A stretch of 47,372 bases of DNA from an uncultured Bacilli bacterium (GTDB taxonomy: Bacteria; Bacillota_I; Bacilli_A; RF39; UBA660), in the NCBI GenBank assembly GCA_947630935.1, contig CANRJL010000001.1, forward strand, positions 1 through 47,372, written 5' to 3'. Made by a program: the position numbers and the translations under genes. Shown piece by piece: positions 17,859 through 26,962 of the stretch. A model generated the notes under the pieces. It saw only the letters and a program-made list of their open reading frames with translations. It ran no database searches and was not told the DNA's origin. How positions within the stretch are numbered: position 1 is the first letter of the stretch; every line of letters begins with the position of its first letter.

Positions 17859-20450
17859 TTAAACACCTCTTTTAATACCTTTCTTTTTAAGAATTATTTT
17901 GCGGATAAAATCAATGGGAATGACAGTGAGACTTAAAATGATGACTAACATTAATTCAAAAGGAGTTAAACCAAAGGTGCGAAAAAGACTACCTCCTTTA
18001 TATATTAGAAAAATTTGAACACTGGCAATGAAAATGATTGTTATGATAAAAACAATATTTTTTCTTAAATGAGCAAATAAATTTAAACGATAGGTTCGAG
18101 CATTAAAAGCATTTGCTATACCAATAAATATAAATAAAGCAAAGTAAGCAGTCATTAAATATTTTAATTCTTGGTCTGTTCTAATTAAGGTTTTTATCCA
18201 AGAAGATTTGAGAAAAAAAATACAGAGCATGGCTGAATATAAACCTGTCCAAATTACTTCGGAAATCATATATTTGTTTAAGATTGGTTCATTTTTCTTT
18301 TTGGGAGGTTCTTTCATAGTTTCTGGTAAAGCTGGTTCAAAGGAAAAAGCTAAGCCGGCAAAAGTATCCATAATCATATTTATCCAAAGCATTTGAATTA
18401 TGGTTATTGGCGTATTTACACCAATAAAAGGGCCAATTATTGATAAGAATAAAGCACAGAAATTACAGGTTAGTTGATATATAAGAAATTTACGAATACT
18501 TTTAAAGATAGTTCGACCATATAAAATAGCTTTACTAATTGACATTATGTTATCATCTAAAATGACAATATCACTAGCTTGTTTGGCAACTTCGGTGCCA
18601 CTGCCCATGGCAAACCCAACATTAGCTTTTTTGAGGGCTGGAGCATCATTTACCCCATCGCCAGTCATTCCCACAATTAATTCTTTATTTTCGGCAATTT
18701 TGATTAATTTACTTTTATCTTTTGGTAAAGCCCTGGCAATTACGCGAAGATTGGGCAGCATTTTTTCAAGTTCATATTCTGAATAGGAATTTAATTGGTC
18801 ACTTGTTAAGACAAGGTCAGTAGGTTTAGTAATTATCCCTACTTCTTTGGCAATGGCTGTAGCTGTTTCTTTAGCATCACCAGTAATCATGACAACTTGA
18901 ATTTGAGCGTCTTTAATTAATTTAACTCCTTCTTTAGCTTCTTTTCTTAAATCATCTTTTAAAGTAACAAACCCAATAAAAGTTAAATCATCTAAAGACT
19001 TTCCATAGGCTAAAGAAATAACTCGACAGCCTTGTTTGGTCAAATTATTAATTTCAGTTTCTATTTTTTGCTTGTCTAATAAATATTTTTCGGTGCCATT
19101 TTTTAATAACATTTTATGACATTTAGGTAAAATTTTTTCACTAGCTCCTTTGATATAAAAGTATTGTTCATGGTTGTCGATGATGGTTGCAGTTGAATAT
19201 TTATTAGCACTATCAAAAGGAGTTTTAGCAATAATTTGCACATTGGCAGTTTTTTCATGAGCTAAAAAGGAAAGTAATGCTTGGTCAGTGGAATTACCGC
19301 CAATAATTTTATTTTGAGAAAAAACACTGCTGTTGTTATAATATAAGTTATTTTCAATATGTTTTGCTAATTGTTCATATTTCCAAAAGTCATTTTTAGT
19401 TTTGAAATTAAGTAATTCACCAGTAGTTATGCCTATTACTTCTAATTTTCCTTTGGTTAGAGTACCTGTTTTATCAGTAAATAAAATGTTTAAAGAACCT
19501 GTTGTTTCGATTCCGACTAATTTACGAACTAAAACATTATTTTTTAACATTCTTTTCATATTGCTAGATAACACTAAAGTAATCATCATCGGCAGTCCTT
19601 CAGGTACTGCTACTACTATGATGGTGACAGATAAGGTTAAGGCATAAATTAAGTAATCTGCCATTTGCTGAAAATCTGTCAAGGTATTTATAATTTCTGG
19701 CATAGAAAAATGATTATTGATTACTATGACAGAAAATAAATAAGAAAATGTAACCAACACCGCCCCGATATAACCAATTTTACTAATTGTTTTAGCTAAG
19801 CCACGCAAGCGAAGTTTTAAGGGACTCATAGGTTCTTTTTCTTGAATTTCTTGAGCAAGTGCTCCATAAACAGTATTTTCGCCAACTTTAGTTACTAACA
19901 TTTTAGCTTGTCCCGAATAAACAACTGAGCCTCGTAAAACTTGCGATTTAAGATTGTCTTTAGCGATAGCTTCTTTCTTAATTTCTTTGCTTTCACCATT
20001 TAATTTAGATTCATCAACTGATATACTTCCTTCTATTAGATAACCATCTGCAGGAATGGCATCACCAGAAGTAAGAATAATGACGTCATCAACTACTACT
20101 TGTTCTAAAGGTATTTCTTTTAAAAGATTATTTCTAAATACTTTCACAAAAGTTTTAGCACTTTCTTCTTGTAATCTTTTAAAGGCTTCTTCACTACCAT
20201 ATTCACTGATGGTTGAGATAAATGAGGACAAAAAAATAGCAATTAAAATTCCTAAGGTTTCAAACCAGTCAAAATCGCGAAACAAAAAAACTATTTTAAT
20301 AGCTAAGGCTATTAAAAGAATTTTGATAATAGGATCGCCTAAAGACTCTAAAAGGAGTCTTAAAAAGCCTTTTTGTTTGACTTTGATAATTGTATTTGTT
20401 CCATATTCTTTTCTTCGTTTTTCGACTTCTTTGTCTGTTAGTCCTATCAT
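17859..20450 (-). CDS. P-type ATPase, Ca2+-ATPase-like (PMCA/SERCA-type P2)
   Basis: 863 aa. N-terminal GLTDKEVEKRRKEYGTN, VPEGLPMMITL (PEGLP), TDKTGTLT, MTGDGVNDAPALKKANVGFAMG and 10-TM-like hydrophobic segments. Confidence 0.85.
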   Translation of the reverse strand: MIGLTDKEVEKRRKEYGTNTIIKVKQKGFLRLLLESLGDPIIKILLIALAIKIVFLFRDFDWFETLGILIAIFLSSFISTISEYGSEEAFKRLQEESAKTFVKVFRNNLLKEIPLEQVVVDDVIILTSGDAIPADGYLIEGSISVDESKLNGESKEIKKEAIAKDNLKSQVLRGSVVYSGQAKMLVTKVGENTVYGALAQEIQEKEPMSPLKLRLRGLAKTISKIGYIGAVLVTFSYLFSVIVINNHFSMPEIINTLTDFQQMADYLIYALTLSVTIIVVAVPEGLPMMITLVLSSNMKRMLKNNVLVRKLVGIETTGSLNILFTDKTGTLTKGKLEVIGITTGELLNFKTKNDFWKYEQLAKHIENNLYYNNSSVFSQNKIIGGNSTDQALLSFLAHEKTANVQIIAKTPFDSANKYSTATIIDNHEQYFYIKGASEKILPKCHKMLLKNGTEKYLLDKQKIETEINNLTKQGCRVISLAYGKSLDDLTFIGFVTLKDDLRKEAKEGVKLIKDAQIQVVMITGDAKETATAIAKEVGIITKPTDLVLTSDQLNSYSEYELEKMLPNLRVIARALPKDKSKLIKIAENKELIVGMTGDGVNDAPALKKANVGFAMGSGTEVAKQASDIVILDDNIMSISKAILYGRTIFKSIRKFLIYQLTCNFCALFLSIIGPFIGVNTPITIIQMLWINMIMDTFAGLAFSFEPALPETMKEPPKKKNEPILNKYMISEVIWTGLYSAMLCIFFLKSSWIKTLIRTDQELKYLMTAYFALFIFIGIANAFNARTYRLNLFAHLRKNIVFIITIIFIASVQIFLIYKGGSLFRTFGLTPFELMLVIILSLTVIPIDFIRKIILKKKGIKRGV

Positions 20451-20509
20451 TTTTTGGATGTCCTCCTAGAAAAGAATATTCTATTTTAAAAAAATTAGAA
20501 CTAGATAAT

Positions 20510-20548
20510 AAAAAAATTGTCTTAGAAATTAAATTAATTTCAAGACAA
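20510..20548 (-). terminator. Intrinsic terminator after the NPKTG surface-protein gene
   Basis: ~14-bp stem (20517-20531 / 20535-20548, one bulged A) followed by T6 on the minus strand (complement of 20511-20516). Confidence 0.65.
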
Positions 20549-20561
20549 CTTTTATAATTTT

Positions 20562-21710
20562 TTATAATTTATAAATTTTTTTATGTTTAGTGTAGTAGTA
20601 GATTGCTCCACCACCAATACCACCTATTCCTAATATTACAATTGGTAAAACTATACCAGTTTTAGGGTTTTCTACTTCGGTACAACGAGCATCCCATTCT
20701 TCTTTCGTAACTTCTTTTCCTTTGTCGTCATAATACTTATTGTTTTCAATTCGACATTTAGGGTTACATTCTTTTTCGTAAGTTGCTTTATCTATTTCTT
20801 GGCCATTTTGATTATAATATTTGTTGTTTTCAAATTTACATTTAGGATTACATTCCTTTTCGAAAGTTGTTTTATCTACTTCTTGACCACTTTGATTGTA
20901 ATATTTATTATCTTTAAATTCACATTTAGGGTTACATTCTTTTTCGTAAGTTTCTTTATCTATTTCTTGGCCACTTTGATTATAATATTTATTATTTTTA
21001 AATTCACATTTAGGGTTACATTCTTTTTCGAAAGTTGTTTTATCTACTTCTTGGCCATTTTGATTGTAATATTTATTATCTTTAAATTCACATTTAGGGT
21101 TACATTCTTTTTCGTAAGTTGCTTTATCTATTTTATCACCATCATTATTATAATAATTACCTTCATATAGTTCACAAGTTGGATATCTTTGTTCTATTTC
21201 AGCTTGAAAATTAGCTTTACAATCTTCACCTGCAATATCGACTTTTAAAACAACTTGAGCAACTTCAGGTCTTTCACCTTTTTTCAAAGTGTATTTGCCA
21301 TTTGGAGGGGTGATGGTAAAACCTGTTACATTATTACCAGTGATTGTCCAATTGTTCAAACCACTAATACTATCAAATTCTGTATCAACAAATTGATTGA
21401 CAAAAGCATTTTGTAAATTTGTTATTTCAACGAAATCGGCCACTGGTTCACTAGTTGCTTGCTCATCTTCTAAGTATAAAAAGACAATACAATTTTCATA
21501 TACTTCTAATGGTTTACCATCTTTAGTATAAGTTGGTGAACAATGGTCTAAAACAGCAATTGCATCACCATTGGTTCCTTTTTCTTGATTGGCTTTATAA
21601 CCACCAAAAGCAACTCGAGCAAGGTCTTTTTTAGCACTTACAGTGACAGGTGATAATATAATTAAAAGTAATAGTACACTAATAAATGGAAATGCAACAT
21701 TTTTCTTCAT
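20562..21710 (-). CDS. Cell-wall-anchored surface protein with six Cys-bracketed 28-aa repeats and an NPKTG sorting signal
   Basis: Preferred start is ATG 21710 with AGGAG 9 nt upstream (ORF-track start 21719 is TTG). Signal peptide ends ...SPVTVSA. Repeats are CNPKCEFKDNKYYNQNGQEVDKTTFEKE. The C-terminus is NPKTG + hydrophobic helix + KHKK. Confidence 0.85.
   Translation of the reverse strand: MKKNVAFPFISVLLLLIILSPVTVSAKKDLARVAFGGYKANQEKGTNGDAIAVLDHCSPTYTKDGKPLEVYENCIVFLYLEDEQATSEPVADFVEITNLQNAFVNQFVDTEFDSISGLNNWTITGNNVTGFTITPPNGKYTLKKGERPEVAQVVLKVDIAGEDCKANFQAEIEQRYPTCELYEGNYYNNDGDKIDKATYEKECNPKCEFKDNKYYNQNGQEVDKTTFEKECNPKCEFKNNKYYNQSGQEIDKETYEKECNPKCEFKDNKYYNQSGQEVDKTTFEKECNPKCKFENNKYYNQNGQEIDKATYEKECNPKCRIENNKYYDDKGKEVTKEEWDARCTEVENPKTGIVLPIVILGIGGIGGGAIYYYTKHKKIYKL
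20685..21176 (-). repeat. In-frame tandem repeat, 84-nt period, ~6 units (four near-identical)
   Basis: Derived from the protein repeats at residues 182-345 (ORF-track numbering). The DNA copies are visibly near-identical. Confidence 0.85.
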
Positions 21711-21773
21711 TTTTTTCAACTCCTTAATATTTAGCTATTATATGCTTTTTTGTGAATAAGTCAAGTTTTATTT

Positions 21774-21795
21774 AAAAAAGGTAGTTTGCACTACC
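21774..21795 (-). terminator. Intrinsic terminator after the NPQTG surface-protein gene
   Basis: GGTAGT-GCAA-ACTACC on the minus strand followed by T6; it starts 6 nt after the stop. Confidence 0.55.
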
Positions 21796-21800
21796 TATTT

Positions 21801-22496
21801 TTATACATGATATATTTTATTATTTTTCTTAGCTACAAAATATAGGCCACCTGCTACGGCAATTCCAGCAATTACAATTGTAAATGGTAAGAAACTTCCT
21901 GTTTGAGGGTTTTCTTTAACATTACAAGATTTTTCATATTGTTCTTTGCTTACTTCATTACCATTCGCGTCATAATATTTATTGTTAGATACTGTACATT
22001 TTGGAGTTGTTGGAGTAGGCTCTGGTTTTTCTTCGTCTTCAATAGCAGTTATTGTAATTTTACATGTTTCGGTAGATAAGATTGAATCACTAACTTCTAG
22101 GTTAATTCTAGCAACAAGCTCTTTAGTGCTAGTTGCTTTTATACCAGCATTGGTAAGTCTGACATCAATTTCAGTGCCATCATCGTTAGCTGTAAAAGCG
22201 CCAGAACCACCTTTCCATTGTTTTAATTGTTGACCTGATTTAAAACGGAAATTAGAATTTTCTAATTTAATATGAACATTGTATTCAGTTAATGTTCCTT
22301 CAGTAACATCTACTCCTAAATAGAATGTAGTATTGTCACCACTATTTTCTAACTCAAATGAATTTCCTGCTAAAGTAGTTTGAGTTAAAGCTGTGTCTTT
22401 AGCAGCATAAACTGTAGCTTTTAAGGCTTTGGCATTTATTGGCATTAAAACACTAGCCACTACAGCCATAATACATAAAACTATTCCCTTTTTCAT
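21801..22496 (-). CDS. Cell-wall-anchored surface protein with an NPQTG sorting signal
   Basis: 231 aa. Signal peptide MKKGIVLCIMAVVASVLMPINAKA. One copy of the C..NNKYYDANGNEVSKEQYEKSC module. NPQTG (nt 21897-21911) + hydrophobic helix + KKNNK. Confidence 0.85.
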   Translation of the reverse strand: MKKGIVLCIMAVVASVLMPINAKALKATVYAAKDTALTQTTLAGNSFELENSGDNTTFYLGVDVTEGTLTEYNVHIKLENSNFRFKSGQQLKQWKGGSGAFTANDDGTEIDVRLTNAGIKATSTKELVARINLEVSDSILSTETCKITITAIEDEEKPEPTPTTPKCTVSNNKYYDANGNEVSKEQYEKSCNVKENPQTGSFLPFTIVIAGIAVAGGLYFVAKKNNKIYHV

Positions 22497-22683
22497 TTTC
22501 TAACCTCTTTCTTCTATTTATATTATGAACTTATTATATCATAAAAATACCTTTTTTCTACTTTTTTTTCAAAATTTTTTGCTTTTTTGTAAATAAATGA
22601 CAATTCCAAAAAAATGCGAATAATTCGTGCAAATTTTAATAAAATATGTTAATATATATAAAGAATAGAAATGTGGTGAAAAA

Positions 22684-24261
22684 ATGAAGAAAATCTTAAT
22701 TCGATTGCAGGCTAATTCTTTATTTTTTTCCTACAAAAAAAATAAACTTGTTCGAGAAGACTTAATGAATACTAATATAATTAGTGATAGTGAACTTATT
22801 TTTTCAGATGATTATATTATTGATAATGCCAATATTGTATTACCTTTTTTTAAAGAATTATGTGAAATGAATCAAATTCAGGTATTAACATTTCAAAATA
22901 AAGAACTTGCTTGTTTTTTATTAAAATATTTTAAAGGTATTAAACAAATTCAAAAAGTACGAATTAAAAAAGAAGAAAATGTTAGTTATGAACTTTGTGA
23001 AGTCTTAGTTGCTCAAAAAACAATTCATGAATTAGAATGTTATTCTATTCCTAGTTATATGTTGGAATATTTAGATAAACATCATATTCATGTAACTACT
23101 TTAAGTGAAGTTTTTTATATTTCACCTTTTATGCAAAGAAATTTTTTAACAGATTATTCACGAATATACTATAAAAAAGAAATTGAAATATTTAGTCCAA
23201 TGAGTGATGAAGATAAGCAAGATTTTCAATCTTTTTTAAGAATTAATCGTTATTTAATTGTTGTAAAATTTCAAATGCTTGACCGAAGTGATTTAGAATT
23301 TGTAATTGAAGAGTTAAAAAGTAATCGTTATCGCGATATTTATATTGAATTATATGAAGATATTCTTGATATGGGAGATATTTTGTATTTAAAAGAATTA
23401 AATAAAAAAAATAAAAAGAAAAAAATTGTTATTGAATTAAATTATTCAAAAGAATATTTACGAAATAATTTAATTAAACAGATTAGTCTAAATACTTTAA
23501 AAGTTTGTGGTTTAATTCTTATTGGTATTGTTGGGGGTTCTTTTGGATATGTTTTGGTGCGCAATTATGTGTCAATGCAAGAAGTTTCCCAAATTCAAGA
23601 AGTGGTCAAAGATAAAATTAAAGATTCCGAAAATTTAGTGATGCCTGATGAAGAAACTGAAGAAGAAGTTGATAATTCTTCAGAGATTAAGAATAAGTAT
23701 ATCTTTGCTTTATCAACTATTAATCCCGATGTTGTTGGCTATTTAAAAGTTAATAATACAAGTGTAGATTATCCAGTAGTTATTTCAAATGATAATGTTT
23801 ATTATTTAAATCATAATTTATATCAACAGTATGACCAAAATGGCTGGATTTATATGGATTTTCGAAATTCAGCTACTTCCTTAAATGATAATACAATTAT
23901 TTATGGTCATAATATGTATTATAGTGGGGTTATGTTTGGAACTTTACATAAAGTCTTAAATGCTAGTTGGCTTAATGACCCGAATAATTTAATTATTTCT
24001 TTTAATACAATGTATGAAACAATGAATTGGCAGATTTTTTCAATTTATACTATTCCTAAAACAAGTGATTATTTAAGAGTTTCTTTTGATACAAAAGAAG
24101 ATAAGTTAAGCTATATTGATATGGTTAAAAAAAGAAGTAAAAAAGATTTTCAAATAGATGTTAATGAAAATGATAAAATGCTTACCCTATCAACTTGTAC
24201 TGGAGATAATTCAAGATTAGTTATTCATGCGAAGCTTTTAGAGACTCAGACATCAGTTTAA
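22684..24261 (+). CDS. srtB: Class B sortase with a ~270-aa N-terminal cytoplasmic extension
   Basis: 525 aa. TM at ~residues 275-295. The C-terminal domain has VDYPVV, TIIYGHNM (His), LTLSTCT (Cys) and RLVIHAKL (Arg), as in SrtB enzymes. Adjacent substrates carry NPKTG/NPQTG. Confidence 0.85.
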   Translation: MKKILIRLQANSLFFSYKKNKLVREDLMNTNIISDSELIFSDDYIIDNANIVLPFFKELCEMNQIQVLTFQNKELACFLLKYFKGIKQIQKVRIKKEENVSYELCEVLVAQKTIHELECYSIPSYMLEYLDKHHIHVTTLSEVFYISPFMQRNFLTDYSRIYYKKEIEIFSPMSDEDKQDFQSFLRINRYLIVVKFQMLDRSDLEFVIEELKSNRYRDIYIELYEDILDMGDILYLKELNKKNKKKKIVIELNYSKEYLRNNLIKQISLNTLKVCGLILIGIVGGSFGYVLVRNYVSMQEVSQIQEVVKDKIKDSENLVMPDEETEEEVDNSSEIKNKYIFALSTINPDVVGYLKVNNTSVDYPVVISNDNVYYLNHNLYQQYDQNGWIYMDFRNSATSLNDNTIIYGHNMYYSGVMFGTLHKVLNASWLNDPNNLIISFNTMYETMNWQIFSIYTIPKTSDYLRVSFDTKEDKLSYIDMVKKRSKKDFQIDVNENDKMLTLSTCTGDNSRLVIHAKLLETQTSV

Positions 24262-25312
24262 GATTACTTTGATATCTTGGAACATTGGGGTTTATTTTAA
24301 GAGCTTTTTTTAAATATTTAATTGCTTCTTTAGGATGACCATTATAAAAATAAATAATACTTACTAAATCATAAAATGAATCATTCCAAGCAAATTCTTC
24401 GTTAATGTAAGATTTGCTTTTTTCTTTTATTTTTAAAGCTTCTTTGATATATTTTAAGGCTTTTGGATAATCTTTTGTTTGATAATAAAAATAGGCTATT
24501 TCAACATAAGGCTCTTTTAAGTATGGAGCTTCATAGATGGCTTTTTGATACCATAATTCAGTCTCAGGTAAATAATTTTTCTTAAAGTAACTTCTTGCTA
24601 TAAAACGCATTGAAGCGCATCGTTCGTCTGGCCAAGTGGCATTGGGACAAGCTAAATGTTTATGTAAAGTAGCAATGCATAAATCATTTTGATTATAAAA
24701 CATGTATTCTCTTCCTAAATAGTGTAAATTTCGGTCATCATTGGGGTCTTCTTTGACACTTAATTCTAAAAGTGGTAAATAATTAGCACGAGATTTGTGG
24801 GTATCTGGATAGTGTTTAATGACAATATCAGTTTCAATATATGTTTCTGGTTCAGAGGTTGTTAAGATTTCATGAACTGGATGAAGCCAAGTATAATTTT
24901 TTAAAGAATGAATTTTATCCTGTCTAAATGTGACTAAAGGAACATCAAATTCATTTAATTTCCAGTGATAAGTATAACGGTATCTGGTGTTATCTTGATG
25001 ATTCCATGCTTTTTCTAATTTTTCGCGCCAACCACTGACAATTACTTCATCTAAATCAAGACTACAACAAATATCTGCATCAGCCGGAAGCATTTTTAAG
25101 GCAAGATTGCGAGCTTCATCAAACCGCCAAGGAGTGATTATTTTTTCTTGGACAATAACTCCCCTTTCTTTTAAAAGTTTGACTGTATTATCAGTTGAAC
25201 CAGTATCTAATACATAAATTTCATCGGCTTCTTTGATTGAATCAAGCCAACGATTTACAAATTGTTCTTCATTTTTACTAATAGCATAGACAATTATTTT
25301 ACATTTTTTCAT
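24221..25312 (-). CDS. Glycosyltransferase family 2-like domain fused to TPR repeats
   Basis: 363 aa with GAGGGAGA RBS. The N-terminus (IIVYAISKNEEQFVNRWLDSI...YVLDTGSTDNT) is GT2-like. The C-terminal ~130 aa have TPR-like A/Y/K periodicity (AIYEAPYLKEPYVEIAYFYYQTKDYPKALKYIKEALKI). Confidence 0.7.
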   Translation of the reverse strand: MKKCKIIVYAISKNEEQFVNRWLDSIKEADEIYVLDTGSTDNTVKLLKERGVIVQEKIITPWRFDEARNLALKMLPADADICCSLDLDEVIVSGWREKLEKAWNHQDNTRYRYTYHWKLNEFDVPLVTFRQDKIHSLKNYTWLHPVHEILTTSEPETYIETDIVIKHYPDTHKSRANYLPLLELSVKEDPNDDRNLHYLGREYMFYNQNDLCIATLHKHLACPNATWPDERCASMRFIARSYFKKNYLPETELWYQKAIYEAPYLKEPYVEIAYFYYQTKDYPKALKYIKEALKIKEKSKSYINEEFAWNDSFYDLVSIIYFYNGHPKEAIKYLKKALKINPNVPRYQSNLKLMSESLKASHE

Positions 25313-25343
25313 ATGTTATTTCTCCCTCTTTGTATTCTATGCC

Positions 25344-25370
25344 AAAAAAAAAGTTTGTCTTATGACAAAC
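25344..25370 (-). terminator. Intrinsic terminator of the Pro-rich membrane protein gene
   Basis: GTTTGTC-ATAA-GACAAAC on the minus strand, overlapping the stop codon, followed by T9. Confidence 0.65.
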
Positions 25371-26847
25371 TACACTTATCACCTAAATTTTCATGGAATG
25401 TAGATATTTCTTGGAATGTTTGAGGCGCTTGTTCTAAGTTAAATTCGGCTTTTAAATCTTCAAGCTTCATTTCGGTTTTTAAAGATAATTTATTATCACT
25501 ATCTTTAAAAGTCGCTACTCCTTTATTGTTATCAATTGTGGAATTTTGATTATATTCTTCTTTGGCTTTTAAGTAGTCTTCAGACCCTTTAAATTGATAA
25601 TCTAATATTTTGTTAATTGAAACAATTTCGTTATTAGCAGATATGCCATATTTATAGCTACTTGTTACTGTAGCAGAGGTTGTTGTTTCTTCTTCAGCAT
25701 TGCTTACGCAATCTAGAACCATTACTGGAGCATTTTCAGTAACAATTAATGAAGCATTTACTTTAGTTTCATGATTTAAATCATCACGAATAGTTAATGG
25801 AATTGTATATTCGCCTTCTTTTTTAACTAATTCTTCTAAAGAAATTGTTTCATCCGCTATTATTATTTCACATTTATCTTCTAAAGATGGGTCTTCACAA
25901 CTAAGAACAAAATCTTCTAAAGATACATTAGTATTTGGAGTTGTGAATACTTCTTTTAATTCTACTTCTGGTCCTAGAGTATCATGAACAGTAATATCTT
26001 TGGTTATTGGTTGTTTTAATGATGGGCAAGTTATTGTATATGAATAATTGCCAGTCTCATTGATATTTATATTCGAAACATCTAAGGTACATGAATTAGC
26101 ATCTATTCCAGTAAAATCAGCAAAATCAGTTATTTTTGAGGAAAGTGTTTTTCCTAATTCCCATTCACTTATTTTAGGAGTTACGATTGTTTGAGGAGTT
26201 TTAGTATTAGCTATATTTAAAAAATAATATACACCCATGCCAATGGATAAGATTAAGATAACAACTAAAATAATGATTATAATCTTTTTAGTATTATCTT
26301 TCTTGTGTGGCTCTTGGACAGGCAAAGGGTTAGAATTTTCTGTAGGTGTGGCAATTCCCCCAAAAGTCGGTGGGTTTGTTTCAATTACATTAATATTATT
26401 ATTTACATTTGGTTGTTCAGATGCAATAGGTTGAGTCTTTTCTTCTGGTTTCTTTATTAATGGTGTATCAGCAGTTAAGGTACTTCCGACTAATGGCTCT
26501 GGAGTTGGGGTTGTTACTTCATTTACGACAACTCCCTCTGGTGCAAGATTTAATTCTTCTACTTGTTCATTAACTGGTTGAAGGTTTTCTAAAACACTTG
26601 GCTGGGAAGTTGGTTGTTCAGGTAAAATAGCAGCTTGCGGTGCTGGTTGGGGTGCCATAGGTGGTATAGGAGGCGTGATAGGTGTTGGTGGAATAGGGTT
26701 AATATTTTCGGATAAAGCTTCTACTTGTGGCGCTGGTTCGTTATTAGGTACAGGTGGTGTTTGGGTTGGTTGTAATGGTTCAACTGGTGGAGTTGAACCT
26801 GCATTTGAATTAGTTTCATTATTTAAATTTAAGTCATCAATATTCAT
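25360..26847 (-). CDS. Bitopic membrane protein: Pro-rich N-terminal region, TM, Ig-like extracellular domains
   Basis: Preferred start is ATG 26847 with GAGGGG 8 nt upstream (ORF-track start 26889 is TTG). About 200 aa rich in P/Q/T/N (PPTPITPPIPPMAPQPAPQ), TM KKIIIIILVVILILSIGMGVYYFL, then beta-rich sequence. Confidence 0.65.
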   Translation of the reverse strand: MNIDDLNLNNETNSNAGSTPPVEPLQPTQTPPVPNNEPAPQVEALSENINPIPPTPITPPIPPMAPQPAPQAAILPEQPTSQPSVLENLQPVNEQVEELNLAPEGVVVNEVTTPTPEPLVGSTLTADTPLIKKPEEKTQPIASEQPNVNNNINVIETNPPTFGGIATPTENSNPLPVQEPHKKDNTKKIIIIILVVILILSIGMGVYYFLNIANTKTPQTIVTPKISEWELGKTLSSKITDFADFTGIDANSCTLDVSNININETGNYSYTITCPSLKQPITKDITVHDTLGPEVELKEVFTTPNTNVSLEDFVLSCEDPSLEDKCEIIIADETISLEELVKKEGEYTIPLTIRDDLNHETKVNASLIVTENAPVMVLDCVSNAEEETTTSATVTSSYKYGISANNEIVSINKILDYQFKGSEDYLKAKEEYNQNSTIDNNKGVATFKDSDNKLSLKTEMKLEDLKAEFNLEQAPQTFQEISTFHENLGDKCSLS

Positions 26848-26939
26848 ACTGATTACCCCTCTTCTATTTTCATAATTAATATTATACAATTATTTTTTTA
26901 AAATAGCAACTATCTTTCTTTATGTGTTAAAGCTTAATT

Positions 26940-26962
26940 AAAAAAACATTGAATATTCAATG
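26940..26962 (-). terminator. Intrinsic terminator at the end of the Tad-like operon
   Basis: 16-nt perfect palindrome CATTGAATATTCAATG directly after the TAG stop, followed by T7 on the minus strand. Confidence 0.55.

Noticed and set aside
20799-21170. Plus-strand 123-aa ORF with repeated FKFTFR units
   Set aside because: It is antisense to the 84-nt tandem repeats of the NPKTG surface-protein gene, the same artefact as above.
22617-22627. 11-nt palindrome CGAATAATTCG in the divergent srtB/surface-protein intergenic region
   Set aside because: It is short, single-copy and AT-rich. It could be an operator, but nothing else supports that.
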